A stretch of 64,000 bases of DNA from Phyllobates terribilis (taxonomy: Eukaryota). The notes beneath the pieces are model-generated. The model made no database searches, was not told the DNA's origin, and was given only the letters and a program-made list of their open reading frames with translations. Made by a program: the position numbers and the translations under genes. This document shows positions 38,756 through 52,510 of this stretch, in pieces (position 1 is the first letter of the stretch; each line of letters opens with the position of its first letter). The DNA is taken from the NCBI RefSeq assembly GCF_046119375.1, contig NW_027362765.1, positions 129,580,001 to 129,644,000 on the forward strand. The letters are read 5' to 3'.

Positions 38756-38912
38756 CTGGATTTCATCTCTGAAGAAATATTATCGAAGAAAGACTTGGTA
38801 CGATCATAGTATATATTGGGTCCCAGGGGATCTTCCTCTGGATTCCCATCACTATTCTGGGTTTCCACTCCAGAGTCTCCCTTCTCGTCACCCTCCTTAT
38901 CAGGCTTGTCAT
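38756..38912 (-). CDS. LSM14B: LSM14B exon (FFD box)
   Basis: (D)[34 protein letters not shown](R); phases 1/2 fit the neighbouring exons. Confidence 0.95.
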
Positions 38913-39409
38913 CTGCAAGGGAAAAGAAACTGTCAAGTCCAGCATGGCATCATGTAAAAAAGGTTTTATACAGTCCCATAATCTGCCAAACAATTGTTTA
39001 GGAGTGCCCATTCCTGATCACTGCCCCATGCAAGCATGCCACTGACCAGCGGAATAAGCAAAATGCTCATTCACATGAGCCACCGTACTACAGACACGGT
39101 TGTTCTTAGGCCACAACCGGTCATGTGCTACCAACAACATTGGGTATTCCGGTAAGTATTCACAAATTTACAGAAAATTGAGAACATCTAAACTGGGGGA
39201 AAGGGGGAAGGAGGGTCCAACCATAGAGAACAGAAATTACTATGGGATGCATGCGATTTGCAGAATGGAGCAAAGTGTGCATGCTTCTCCATGGACCTGC
39301 AGCAACTACCAGGTTCAGCAGTCAGACCCCCACTGATCTACAAGTTATCACTTTTGTATACAGCAAGAATCAATGGTTATTTTGTCAAATCTTATTGGCA
39401 AAAATCTAC

Positions 39410-39571
39410 CTTTCAAGTTTAGTTTATCCTTGAATTCTTTATCCAGTTCTTCCCGATTAAACTGAGCGTTTGCACTTTCAAAATCAAAGTCCCCATCAAA
39501 TTTAATGGCGCTCTCTTTGACGGTAGTTTGTCGGTTTTGCCCTCGAGAGCGATTCCTGGCCCGTCTGTTAC
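39410..39571 (-). CDS. LSM14B: LSM14B exon (FDF domain)
   Basis: (G)[53 protein letters not shown]; AG/GT. Confidence 0.95.
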
Positions 39572-40183
39572 CTGCAGAATCACATGGTGAAAATAGTTAA
39601 TGCAGAGATTGTACTGCCAATGATGTTTGGAGGGAGAGAGCGGGGGGCATTGGTTACCACAAGTCAGACATTGGAAGGTCTACACTTCTGCCATCAGTGG
39701 GGGGGCACATAAGTGACTATCAAACCTATGTGGTTCATTCTTAGTCGGGGTGTCCAGTTTTGGGCACAAAGCTTAAACTTTGCTATACTTTGTTTATGAT
39801 CCACTTGCTGTCAGGGAATGGAGACATTTTGCTTTACATTCAAACTCCCAATAAGCATTTCCATTTAATGAAAACACCAATTTCATAAATTTACGACACA
39901 TTAAAGCTTTATCCACATGGAATTGGATAACCCTACAAGACTGAAAACTAGTTTACTGGATAATTTCCCAACTGCTTATGGTTATTAAAAGGACCCCCAA
40001 ATAAGATCTATGCTCCAGAGCCATTAAGTGTGACAAACTTGGCCTGGCTGTCCCCTGGTTGATTGGGCACCATATTATACCATGATAGCCCTATATGTGG
40101 TTCTCCTTAACTTCCCTTGGGGATATTTACCGGGTGATTGTTTTGATCACCCACAATATGACCACCACACCCCATTATTTTAC

Positions 40184-40255
40184 CTGACCTCCGTCTTTGG
40201 GGTCGTCTATTCTCATCATTGATCATATTCTGTGTCGGTGCAGTCTGAGGTGGTA
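40184..40255 (-). CDS. LSM14B: LSM14B exon
   Basis: (V)PPQTAPTQNMINDENRRPQRRRS; 72 nt; AG/GTAAAA. Confidence 0.92.
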
Positions 40256-40506
40256 CTGAAAAAAATCAAAAGGGGTTCTACATAAATTACATACCAGGTT
40301 ATAGTGCAGGTGGTGCTGCCTAGTATGAATACTGGTACACTCCCTGCTGAGCAATGGTAATAGGGAATGCTACCCCATAATCATTGCAGGAACTTTAGAA
40401 AAGCACCAACCACGACTTATGGAAGTGATCAGTAAGACTAAATGCACTCCGGACTCAAGCCCATGGATGCCAATGAGAGCCTATACCCAAAACCAACACC
40501 ATTTAC

Positions 40507-40677
40507 CATTCATAGGTGCAGGCTGTCCCGCTGCCTGGCCCTGTCTGTTCCCCCGTTGGCTCACAGGTGGTCCCTTTGCCGGCTGCAGCTTCTTCTGTGT
40601 CATATTCTCCATTGGACCAGTCTGGACAGCTTGTTCCACCATAGGGCTTTTCTTTACTGGGATGGATGGGAAACCAG
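40507..40677 (-). CDS. LSM14B: LSM14B exon
   Basis: (A)[56 protein letters not shown]; AG/GTAAAT. Confidence 0.93.
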
Positions 40678-43621
40678 CTGCAGGGAGAAAAGGGGAACCC
40701 ATTAGTTGGAGTTTGCAGGCAGAACTGACATGGGAGCCCCCAGCAATGCTCAATGTCTACAGGGAGGCCATAACAGTTATAATGAAGGCACCAGAAAGAA
40801 GCCGAGCTGCCGGCAATAAAAGCCAACCAGGTATGAAGCCACCGACAAAGCTGAACTATCCCATCAGACCCCAGTTTAGTTGTTAAAGGGGTTTTCCAGC
40901 CTTAGAAAGACATGGCTGCTTTCTTACAGAAACTGCACCTAGTCTCTCCACAGGTCATGAGTTCTACTGCAGCTCCAATTCCATTGAAATAAAAGCCGCA
41001 ATACCACTCACAACCTGGGGACCAGAGTGGTGCTGTTTATTGAAGGATGCAACCAGGTTATTCTAATAAGCTGGGTAGTACCTAATAAACGCAGTTAAAG
41101 GGGTATACTGGTTTAAACACGTTATCCATCCACAGGATAGCAGTAATAACAGCTATATAGGTGAGGGTCCAACCACTAGTACCTCCATGGGTCAGCAAAG
41201 TAGCACTGCCATTCCCCCCACACCTCTAGTCTGGAGGGGCAGTTGTACTGAAACACCAATAAAAGTCTATGGATCTGACAGATGGCAAAGAGCTGTACTT
41301 AATTCTGAATGGAGCAGAGGAGTGAACAATTGACCATGGCCCTAATAAAAAGGGACAAGTCCCATTCTGGAGAGGGTCCCAGGATAACTTGTTACAGCAA
41401 GAATACCCTTCCAACCAAGTGGAATAATAGGCTTCTGTAAGGGATTGTACCTTGTCTGATCACATACACTGTGCCTTCATTATAACACGATGCTACAAAC
41501 ATGCAAACACCACAAACTACAATGGAGACTGTTGGATGCAAAAACATCAAGCTAAACATCAGCTCTGCCGCAGGGAATGTGCATCTGAAGATGAACCCAT
41601 TGTTACACGTCATTTTTTTTATCCAATTCTGTCCAAAATGTTGCACTTGTGATTTATTAGTATCTGACCTTCATTAAGAGCCTCAAAAAAAACCTTATAC
41701 CATCAAAGGATAATTCTAGGCACCTGTGGTGACCACTGGAGGGAGCAGTTTGTGTGCAGATTTAGTAGGCTGCCATGTAACCTGGTACAATGATGCAGAG
41801 GTTTTGGAGCTTTAACAGTAAAGTAGTGCTTCATCCCCTTCAGAAATACAAGAACCCTGTGATGGGTGCTGTAGTATAGCTGAACCCAACATAGTGAATT
41901 AAAGGGGCTGCTGCCCAGTTACTGTTGGGTGTCTTCAAGGAAAGTTGGGGATGAATCCACCATGTTCCAAATCCTAGTGTGAATTGGATATAACCTGGTT
42001 TTACAGGTGAACCATACATTGCAGTGGATTGACTACTATAGACTGAACCAATAGGATTTAATTTGGATCTCAGCAGCCTTTTTCAGGTGCAGAGGTTGGC
42101 GGGCTGCAGGGACAAGTCTGAGTGTCAATTAGACAAAAATGTAATTACTAATTAATGGTTGGTGTAACTAAGACAGGACACACCTGTGTGATTATACAGT
42201 CCCATCCTCATCCAGTGTTTGGCACATTGACTATAGAAACCAGTGCAATTCATACTGGTCATAGAACTAATAGAAGCATGTGATGGGGTATGCTACTTCT
42301 AGCCACAGGCATTTGAGGGTATTAATTTTGGCACTGCAGATCACATTCATTTAAGAGACTGACCTCTTTGCAAAGGTATTTGCTTTCTAAATGCTATAAA
42401 GCAGTTCCCTGGTCTTCAGTATAAAGTTACCACTTACAGAATCACCTAGTTAGCTGCACAATCTTATCTCCTGACAGCCCTCTCCTCAATGTTAGTGATA
42501 GCAGCAGGGAGCAGTTATATCAGGGGAGGGGGAAGGATATCAAGGTTTTAGTGACAGCAGCTCACTGATTGTGGATCAGGAGATCATCATCATGAACTGA
42601 AGATATGGAAATCACTCCAGGAACAGAGGCTGATACACATAAGCGAGTGAATTCACTGCATTCTGGACAGAGCTCCCCCAGCCACTGCAGAGACATCCAC
42701 GAGAGAAGAATCTGAGACTAGGATGAGGCTGCATCAGGGGGACTAAGAATTAATGGAAATTGCAGACTTGTGTCAATAGGAGTCTACAGCCAGTACAGGA
42801 CTGGTCTCCGGCTTCTGGCCTGTTGATTCCTGGAGGATTCACATGGTCAGCTGTCTGAATGAACCATTAGACAAGGCTTCCCTCAGTAGTAGAGCTAGAG
42901 ACTTACAGCAGCTCTGTATGGGCCAATATCAGGATCCAAATGGGGGAATGGCCCATTATATTCATATGCCATGCACAACACCTTACATAAGTAGTGAAGC
43001 ATGTCAGATCATCAGAAGCTTCTGGAAAGTTATTACTGCACCCGAGATCAGTACCTCAATGCTTGACTCTTAAAAGGGTTGTCTAGTTTAGAAAACAATA
43101 AAATTGATTAATTCTGGGTTAATAGGGGGAACAGTTCGTCTCACCCTGGGAGAGCTAATGGGTTTACACATACCAGCTACTTAGATAAATGGACATGTTG
43201 TAATGCCCAATATAACCTGTGGAGGCACTGCAGGGATACTAAACTCTTGCCAGGGTTTCCTACAGTTGCAGCTGTTTTCAGGGGGCATTTTTGCTTACCC
43301 ATATGCTGATCACAAGTGGAGGCTGTACAAAATAACCCATGTGATACAAGACCTTCTCTAGCCAACACTAACTTGGCCACCACTCAGCATACTCATGGGC
43401 TAGCGTCTTACTGGCCGTTCTTTTTTCTCTAATGCGTCCTTGAAAGTAATCACATTCTCCTGTCTGGCTGCTGCAGTAACTCAGCACCGATCCGACACTG
43501 GACAACACCACAATCACAATGTTAGTAGACGTGGAACAAAAGCGACTATTCTACCCATGAATAGAACTAAAGACAATAGCATGCGAATAGGAGAATAGGA
43601 GATACGTGCCAGCAATGTTAC

Positions 43622-43738
43622 CCTTAGAGAGGTGCGGGGGCTCTGCCAGCAAGTCAGGATCCGATGCCACAGGTTGTGGTGATGGGGAAGAGGAGGAGCT
43701 GGAGGCTGCGGCTGACGCCGAAGGGCTTACCAGCTTCT
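43622..43738 (-). CDS. LSM14B: LSM14B probable cassette exon (117 nt, symmetric phase 1)
   Basis: (E)KLVSPSASAAASSSSSSPSPQPVASDPDLLAEPPHLSK; CAG/GTAACA; frame-preserving. Confidence 0.75.
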
Positions 43739-45169
43739 CTGCATGGACAGTGCAACAAGTCATTAACAGATCACTCCCCAGTGCCACATACAACCCAACC
43801 CCAAACCTGCAGATTAGCTCGCTTATTGTTATACCTGCAGACCCCTTACCCCAATATTATAGCAGTTTGCTGTACATGCAATTCATTTATTGTTCCCTTT
43901 TATCAGTTATTTCAGGCTTTGGAAAGAAATCCCAGTGATCGACAGTCTAGACTTTTCTCCAGCAGGAGGTTTGCACTCAAGTTTAAGGCTGAAGCTTTAG
44001 AAAATCCAAGGGCATTTACTAAATTTGCACCAATTCTTGAACAGTTTTAAATCCAGTTTTTTTAACATATCAATTTTGATTAGTTTAAAAAAAGCAAAAA
44101 CGCTGAAAAAATAAGAACCCCAAAAACAATTGGAAATTTGCTAAGTCCACATAGAGGCAGCCTAACAGAAAAATAACTCTGCCCATTGGTAATTCATTTT
44201 TATTGATCCGGATACTAAAAACATACTAATGGCCTGAAACTCGAACCATGTTCTTCCAGCTGGCTATATCCCAGTTGTGTTAAGCTTTTTTTTTTTTAAC
44301 AATTCTAGAACATGCTACATGGCATTTCATAAAAGGTACATTCACATGTATCAGAATTGCTGCAGTTTTTTTTTTTTTACTTCTTATGCTCACAACTTCG
44401 AGTTTTGCTGGGGATTACCTGCACAATCCACAGGTCCAGGGGGAGGAAATAGATCCCCTGAAAATGCCAACCGCTCAGTAGTTTTTGTTCTGGACACAGA
44501 TTTTTGCTGTAAATCTGTGGGTAATCTGCAGCAAAACTGTCAAGCCTGCCTAGAATCAGCATTACTTAGCCAAAGAGGTGGTTGTGGAAAGTCTCAGGTG
44601 TTGAAATTCCAACTGCCCAATCCGTCTCTTCCCTGCATCTGTCATGAGGTCCCCATAGACTTCAGAAGGTCAGTTGGGCAATCCAGTATCTATTGGCTTG
44701 ATACACTCCTAATGTGCATGGGGGTCTTAAGGGTGGGTTCACAAATGCTGCATTAGCTCATTATTAGAGAACCCACCCTTTTAAGGCCCCCATGCACATT
44801 AGATGAAAGTCTGCCAAACCAGCAGATATTGGATTGCCAAACCGACCATCTGAAGTGTATGGGGGCCTTATGACAGATGCAGGGAAGAGATTGGGCAGTT
44901 GGAATTTTAATGATTTATCTTTTCAGGGGTGACAAGCAATGTACAACAGTGACTCTCCTCGCTCCCCATTAAGTGAGGGGGGAGCCAGAAGAGATTGCAC
45001 TCTGCCAATAGCCCATATGCATACGGCCAGCTTTAGTCTGATGCATCTGCAGTAGAGCTGCGCTTACAGTGACCCTGCAGATAAAGCAGAGACGCTGGGA
45101 GTTCAGAGTGACCAGCAGCTGCTTTACTGTACATTGAAGACAACTGAATGGTAATTGCACGTTACATAC

Positions 45170-45305
45170 CTAGACCCAGGGAGGCCGCATACTGCTGGCT
45201 AAGAAGAGAGGAGGCCGCAAGCTGGCCATATGACGGCATGCCTCGAAACGGGCTGTAAGGCACAGAAGGCTGGTACGAACTGGTGGAGGCAGAACCCAGG
45301 GATGA
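45170..45305 (-). CDS. LSM14B: LSM14B exon 3
   Basis: [45 protein letters not shown]; AG/GTATGT. Confidence 0.95.
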
Positions 45306-46099
45306 CTGCAGACAAGATCACAGCAAAACATGAATTCACAACCGAAGGAAAACAATGTCTCCGTGCACAGAAATATCCACATGCCGGATATGCAAGACAC
45401 CTAAAGTGTAATCATGCACCTGTATGGCACTATGCTAGGATATTATGGGGATTGACAGGGGGTGGACACATCAATGGTGCAATAGGGGCCCCACTTCTAT
45501 AACAAGCTGCTTTGGAGGTAAAACTATTGGACAGCAAGGGGCCCCCTTATATTGTTCTTGCACAGGGGTCCTTTTCTGTGTCCACCATTGGACAGGACTA
45601 TGGTGCTTTGCAGAGCCTATCCCCTTTTATCCTTGGTTAGCATTTGGATTCCCAGAAAAAAGTGCTGATGTAGTCACCCTGCTCTAACTGGAATCCCCCT
45701 TTATTTTCATAATGTCACAATTTCGAAAACCAGTTTTGGACATATAAACAGACTTTAAAGAGTATAAATGCCTCTCTGCTTGCCAACAGTTGGACACTTA
45801 CATACTATTCAGTTCCACTCTTCTGCGACTGTATACATTACTTCATCTAAGCACGACACCTAAACTCCTGAAAGGTTCAATTACTGAGAGTTACAGGTAC
45901 TGCCGCTGTGACTAGCATCTATCACTCATGGCATATCCTGGTAATTTGCCACAAGTGTCCCAGAGGTCACATACAGAAGCTCAGCATTCAATGGACCCAG
46001 CTGTAGCCAACAATTAGCAGGACTATAGGTTTCAGTCTCTGGATGTAAAGAACTTTTTGATCCATTGTCTTAAAGCAGAGATCTTGAACACTAAACTGA

Positions 46100-46900
46100 A
46101 ATAAGTGGGCAAACACTTGGCATATGAGGTTTAATGTAGATAAATGTAGAGTAATGCACCTAGGATGGAGTAATCATATTGCTACATATACATTAAATGG
46201 GAGTATACTCAGGACTACAGAATAGGAAAAGGACTGGTGTATTCTGGTTACAGGTCAGCTGAGCAGCAGTAAATGCCAAGCAGCAGCCGCAAAAGCAAAC
46301 AAGATTTTAGAATGTATAAAAAGAAAAAATCCCAAGATTCCAATGTATTGTTACCCCTTTATAAACCCCTGGTGAGGCCACATCTGAAATATGGGATCCA
46401 GTTTTGGGCTCCACATTTTAAAAAGGATATTCAGAAGTTACAGTCAGTTCAAATGCAGGCAACTAGATTATTACAAGGGATGGAAGGCCTCCCATATGAT
46501 GAGAGGTTGGAAAAGTGGAGTCTGTTTAGCTTAGAGAAACGACGCCTCAGAGGGGATCTCATTTACATGTATAAATATATGTGTGGTCAGTACAAAGGAC
46601 TAGCACATGACTTATTCCTTCCAAAGACCATACAAAGGACCAGGGTGCACTCATTACAGGTGGAAGAAAGGCGATTCCGGCACCTAAACAGGAAAGGGTT
46701 CTTTACAATCAGAGCAGTTGGACCATGGAATGCCGACCACAAGAGGTAGTAATGGCAGACACTAACAGCTATTAAAAAGGGCTGGATGATTTCCTCGATA
46801 CACAACATTGTTGGCTACAGTTAGTGACAAAATGTACAATTGGGGGAGGAAGGTTGAACTTGATGGACCTAGGTCTTTTTTCAACCTATGGAACTATGTA
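46100..46900 (+). mobile_element. CR1 LINE 3' fragment, antisense in LSM14B intron 2
   Basis: WANTWHMRFNVDKCRVMHLG and LYKPLVRPHLKYGIQFWAP..FSLEKRRLRGDLI are CR1 ORF2 C-terminal motifs. CR1-like 3' end ..CAACCTATGGAACTATGT. Confidence 0.88.
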
Positions 46901-47459
46901 AAAAGTTGCAGAACATATAAGTCAGTCATTTCTCATCACAGCTGAAACTGGGAAAAGCTTCACCCCAACATTCATTTTGAGCCTTCACCCGAAATCTGCT
47001 GCAGGTGTAACTGGGATCTGACAATGACCGTCTCTGCTTTGTTAGCAGCTTTCACCCATTTAATTGCTTTGATAATTGGCTACCGCTGGGATCCTGGGCA
47101 GTTACATAAACAAGGACTAAATCTGGCAGCGACATTTTAAAGAGCTTCCCGCACCCGCTGCACGTTTTAGAACACGATCCAGGAGCAAAAAGAAATTAAC
47201 CATTACAATGCCTGCCATTGAGTTTTGACAGTAATGTAGCATTTTAACCCACAAAACCAAAACACTAATGACTGCATGGATTCATGTGTAAACTGATTGC
47301 TGCAAAACCATGTGGATAATTGTGACCATTTGACAACTCTACCAGCCAAATCTCAGTGTGGCTGCAGCCACCACAGTGGGGGGAGGCACATGGAGAGGCA
47401 TTGTCAGTCCAATATGGCTCTCCCCTGAATTAAGCATCATCCAGATGTAGTGATCATAC

Positions 47460-47623
47460 CTGGACAATGGCTGGATCCTGGGGTAAGGCATGCTGGGCTT
47501 TGGGGGGCTCACACACCGTAATGTCTTTGATGTCACTACCCCGGAATATTATATACTCATACACCTCTTCTCGGGGAGGCACAGGGCGGTCTGTCGGACG
47601 GTCTTCTGTCCCAAAGGATCGCA
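47460..47623 (-). CDS. LSM14B: LSM14B exon 2 (LSm domain)
   Basis: (V)[54 protein letters not shown]; AG/GTATGA. Confidence 0.96.
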
Positions 47624-48331
47624 CTGTGTAATTGTTGGAAAAAAAGAAAGCAGTTATATTCAAGAGGAACCAATAATATAGCCAGGAATACAACGCAAAG
47701 ATCTCATGTATGGAGGGGGTGAGACTCATGGGACACCACACTGTCCACCTTATAAAGCCAAGAATCTTGTAGCAGAGCTCCATTTACAGGACTAAACCAT
47801 ATTTACCAGTTAGTCGAAAAGTTGCTTATTGCTGGGGTCCCATCGATCCAAAGAACAGGGCTCTGGGTGTGCCATAGGGTGGATCTAAATACAGACTACT
47901 GATCCACCCATTTGGTGTCCCATTTGGTGTTCTACTCTGGTATTTCAGTCCAACTGACAAACAAAAAAGTTGTTGGTGGACCATCATTTCATAGTCATGT
48001 TCTTGGGAATATAGCCATCAGCAAGTTACTTATCCTATGGAGAGAATGTGCATTTATCGTACTACCCCTTTAAAGAGACAAAAAAAAATGGATTGTCCAT
48101 ATGCTTTAAGGAAAAATGTCAGATGGACTCCATGCTCAGGACCCCCTACCCTCTATGCACCAGAGCTGCTCGTTACCCACTTGATTGACCCACACATTTC
48201 CCCCAACTATGGGAGAAAAGTACAGCAATAACTTCTGCTGGCCAAGATGTGGCTTTAATTTAAGGGGATCTACTGGATCCTCCCTGTAAAGAGTCACATT
48301 CTATAATCCATTGCTTCAGATACAAATTTAA

Positions 48332-48689
48332 AAGGAACCTGAGAGCCGATACGTGTCCGACCCATAGGCAACATGAAACAGACAGTGGCTTTATGATCTC
48401 AGCCAGGTATGACAAATGCAGCAGAAACTTTAAAACTGTCCTCCGCTTCTCCCCATCAGCTCCCCTGAGTGACAAATCTCTCCCTGCGTGCGTATATAAG
48501 GAGAGATCTGTCAATCATTGGTATCAGGCAGGGAGAAGCCTCTGAAGACTGGCCTTTTTGACTAGTCAATGTGGCTCAGTTCCAGGCTGGCAGCTCCTAA
48601 AAGGTTTCTTAAACGCTGCAATGTTTCAAACACCTGGCTGAGATCATACAGCAAATGCCTGATATATAGTATTTGCTGTCAGGCTCCCT
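48332..48689. mobile_element. T2/Kolobok-type MITE, first of a chain sharing TTAA sites
   Basis: TTAA at 48328-31 and 48690-93. Further AGGG-starting elements begin at 48694 and 48845. Confidence 0.6.
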
Positions 48690-50733
48690 TTAAAGGGTGT
48701 CTCATGTCCTCACAAAATTACACAGCACTAGATAGGAGAGCTACAGTGGTGTTATAGTGTTAGTAGCATCATTACAGCTCATAAGGCTTTCATCTGGAGT
48801 CTGTCGCGCTAGCAAGTGTCCAGAAGGCGGTGCCTAGTGCTTAAAGGGAACCTGTCAGCAGGATTTTGCTAAGTAAACTACAGGCAGTGTCATGATGGGG
48901 CAGCTGCGCTGATTAAAATGATACATTAGGTGAAGAAATCAGTCTTGTGGCTCTTGTTTAATCTGTTTGCAGTTTTGAGTTAATGAGATGCTCGTGCACT
49001 GGGGCAGGCCTTATTTTGGTGCTCTGGCCTCAATCATTCTGGGCTTAAATGACCGGTCACTGGACCTTCAGTGACCTGCCTATTTTAAACACTGCTCCTG
49101 CGCATTTAATATTGTGGTCCTAAAAAAAGAAATTGGTTCCAACAAAACGGCACCACTGCTGCAAATTGAGAGCAGCACTTGCTGACAGATGCTACTGCGC
49201 CGCCATTTTGTTGGAGCCAAAACATTTTTTGCTACATCATGGTGGCGCATGCCCAGCAGCATCTATCAGCGAGCAATGCTCTCAATAGTGGGCAGAGCTT
49301 GCACAGATTGAGAGCATCGCTTGCCGACAGATCCTGCTGTGCATGTGCCGCCATTTTGTTGAAGCCAATATATACATATTTTTTTCAAAACCTCAATATT
49401 AAACGCACAGGCGCAGTATTTAAAATAGGAGGCAGGTCACTGAAGTTTCAGTAACCTGTCATTTAAGGTCAGGTCTCCCACCATCACATCTAAACATGTA
49501 GGAGACCACCAACTCCATGGATTAACCCTTTAAATTCAGTCAAGCCTACAGTTAAAAAGGTTGGTTGGCAAGAGACAGCCTTTAATTTGATAGCCATTGA
49601 AGATATAAGCTAAATGTTGTGGAGTCAGTAGCTAGGCCTCCCAGAAAGCGACACTCCTAAGAGGGGGAAATGTTTTATTGTCATAGTATTACACACCACA
49701 CAAGGGTCTCTATGCCCTAATAAAGTACATGCACAAGATTTGCTTATCTGAGAAACCCCCAATATATCTACGTTACAGGAAACTGGGGTGGTCATCATGG
49801 AAAAAGTTATGAAAATCTTCCAGTAGGTTGAAAATGAAACTATAGTTACATGTGTGTGAACAGCCCTGTACTGCTTGTCCTCATGAGGACACATAAGAGG
49901 GGCCCTGGAGATTTGCTCCCCTATTATAAATGTACTATAGAACATCTTATCAGTCATTAAAGGGTATGACCAGTGGAAAAAAGCCATCACCCATCCACAG
50001 TATCGGTGATAAGTTACAGGTCATGGGGGTCCAACCACTGGTCAGCAGAATGAGGAATTAGTATGGAGAGATCAGACCCCAGACGAAACTCCATTATGGA
50101 AGCGCCAAAAGAGCCGAGCGCAGAACCATAGGGAATGAATGGAGCAGGTGCACTGTAGCACTACTCTAACAGGGATAAGCGCTCCCCATTCTGCCCATCA
50201 ATTGGGGTACCATCAATTGGGGTACCTGCAGGCAGACCCCCCCCCCCCCCCATCAATAAGGTATCATTAAGCCTGTGCATAGGGGATAACTTGTTTTCAC
50301 AGGAGAATCCCTTTAAATGGGCCTTCCCCAATTACCTCACATGCAAAATCCTACCAAGGTCATCTGTCAGGGGGTGACTAGGCTCAGTAATATACAGGAA
50401 GGCTCCAGGGAGACCCCATTACCAGCTCCATGAGCAGCACTGCACCCCATCTTCCCTCCTCTTACCCCCACACTGCGGCCAGCCACCCTCAGCCACGTGC
50501 ACCAGGGTCACTAGCTGCAGAAATGACCCCAGGATCCCACCATGACCCCACCCACTGCCCTCGCCCCCCAGGGGTTGTCCCGGCTCCTCACCGCCCCCTG
50601 GCGAGCACCAGCTGCAGGAGGGTTTCTGCCTCGCATTAGGGCAGCCGTATTCGGTGAGTTACCCCGCGCTGTGATGCGCATACAGAGCGAAGCCCCCGCA
50701 CGACTACCAGGCCCGGGGTTTCCCCTTGATCAC

Positions 50734-50854
50734 CTTTGGCTAGAGCCACAGTGGAGTTCTCGGTGTCGATGGTGTACAGGATGCCCTCATAGCGGATCTG
50801 AGCCTTGGAAATGAGGCTGATTTTGCTGCCGATGTACGGGGTGCCTGAACTCAT
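50734..50854 (-). CDS. LSM14B: LSM14B (RAP55B) exon 1
   Basis: [40 protein letters not shown]; Kozak GGCACCATG; donor GTGATC. The C-terminal exons (..RAGTGRV*) match LSM14B rather than LSM14A. Confidence 0.95.
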
Positions 50855-50944
50855 GGTGCCGGCTTTTCTGCAACTCCCTGCTGGTCCGCACCTTTCCACT
50901 TGAGAAACCCCCCCTGGACTGCCAGGCGCCGCCCACTGTCTCCG

Positions 50945-51064
50945 TTTATATAGCAGACGCGCTGCCCCGCCCTTTCACACGCCAGGGGCGGGGCTAACTC
51001 TTGTTTCTTACTGCGCACTCTGAGCGGGCTTCTCCCGGCTAGTGACGTGGAGCGCTCTCATTGG
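50945..51064 (-). promoter_or_regulatory. LSM14B: LSM14B proximal promoter
   Basis: TATATAAA (50945-52, minus), GC box GGGGCGGGGC (50985-94), CRE-like TGACGT (51043), CCAAT (51060-64, minus), in canonical order ~90 bp above the ATG. Confidence 0.7.
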
Positions 51065-52031
51065 TTTGGGCAGGCAGAATTAGCGGACCCGGCAACTAAT
51101 GACGCTGGGAGACGGCAGCTGCAGGACCACAGTGACGACTGCTGCGGGGGGCGGCGGCCATGTTGTAGGTGGGATTAGGTGATGGCGAATGTTTATGTTG
51201 GAGGTGATGTTTGTTGTGGACGATGATGGCGGCCAGAGCTGCGGGCACTTCGTTTCCATTATCAGAGTTGGGGTCTCATAAGGGTGTTCCAGCCACAAAC
51301 CTTATCTACAGATGTGACATGCCTGTGTGCACTGCCCAAAGGGTGCCAGCTGATGCCCTGCCCATTCCATAGGACGTGCCCCAGGCTATGGGGTATGGCT
51401 CATCAGCGGGGCATATGGCGGCCATCATCACACCCCGACTCATCCAGGGCGTTACCACCGTATTGTCCCACGCGGGAACTGGCATCAGGATGGAGCCATA
51501 TTTCCCAACAGGCCCAATACTGGAAAAAAAAGTCATGCAAACCGGACTGTAAAATGGAGGGATAGTAGAGAAGAGCGAAAAGGCTGCCCTCATCTGCGCC
51601 CACGTCAGGAGATATTGGCAGCTGGACCTGGCAGTGCCAAAATCCGCAGCTGCTGGTCAAATTACCAAGCCCCTGCGCCATCATAACGTCCCCCGAGTCC
51701 TAGTGACGAGGCCTCTCACAATGCCTGGTAATCCCAAGAGGCTGACAGCTGCCATGCAATGTACAGAGGTGGGCGCCTGATCAGGACTGTGCGAGTCATT
51801 CTGCTCCTCTCTACAAGATAGTGCGGTATCCCCGTCCATAGGACAGAGGCGCCTATACTGATCGCCGGCCGTCCATGCAGATCGCTGGCGTCCTATAGTC
51901 TGTCAGTGGAGCAGTAGTCCGGGTTCAGATTCCTATTCTGGGGATCGCTGTGGGCCCAACCACTGGATCGGTAACTTACCCCCTTTTCTATAGATAAGCG
52001 ATAACTTATTTTCTAGATAGTAAGCCTTTAA

Positions 52032-52510
52032 TGGGAACCTGTCATGTAAAAAAACTCTATTAACCTGCAGATATAGTGTTAATCTGTAAGTTAATAGCAT
52101 TCTAACACCGTGCGGCCACCGCACTGAGAGCCCCGCTACCGGGAGGAAATTAACTTCATTCACCCGGCAGGTCTGCTCTTTCAGTCACGGGTGTCGCCGG
52201 CGCTGTTGCAGTCACCACTCAGTGCATAGAGAGCATAGGCTGTGACCGCGCCCCCGGCACTGACTGATAGCAGCTCAGCATTAGGTCTGGCTGTCAGTCA
52301 GTGCCAGGGTCGTGGTTACAGCCGCTGCTCTCTATACACAGAGCAGTGAATGAAGCCGTGCCGGTGTCTCCCCTGTGATTGAAAGAGTGTGGCTGCTGGG
52401 GGGGAATAAAGTTAATTTCCTCCCGGCAGTGGGGCTCTCAGTGCGGACGCCGGGCAGGTTCAGAACACTATTAACTTGCAGATTAATATTTTTTACATGA
52501 CAGGTTCCCT
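52032..52510. mobile_element. T2/Kolobok-type palindromic MITE
   Basis: TTAA flanks (52028-31, 52511-14); termini GGGAACCTGTCATGTAAAAA / TTTTTACATGACAGGTTCCCT. Confidence 0.75.

Noticed and set aside
50855-50899. 15-aa N-terminal extension of LSM14B from an upstream GTG
   Set aside because: The ATG at 50854 has a strong Kozak context and matches the known N-terminus; there is no support for the near-cognate start.
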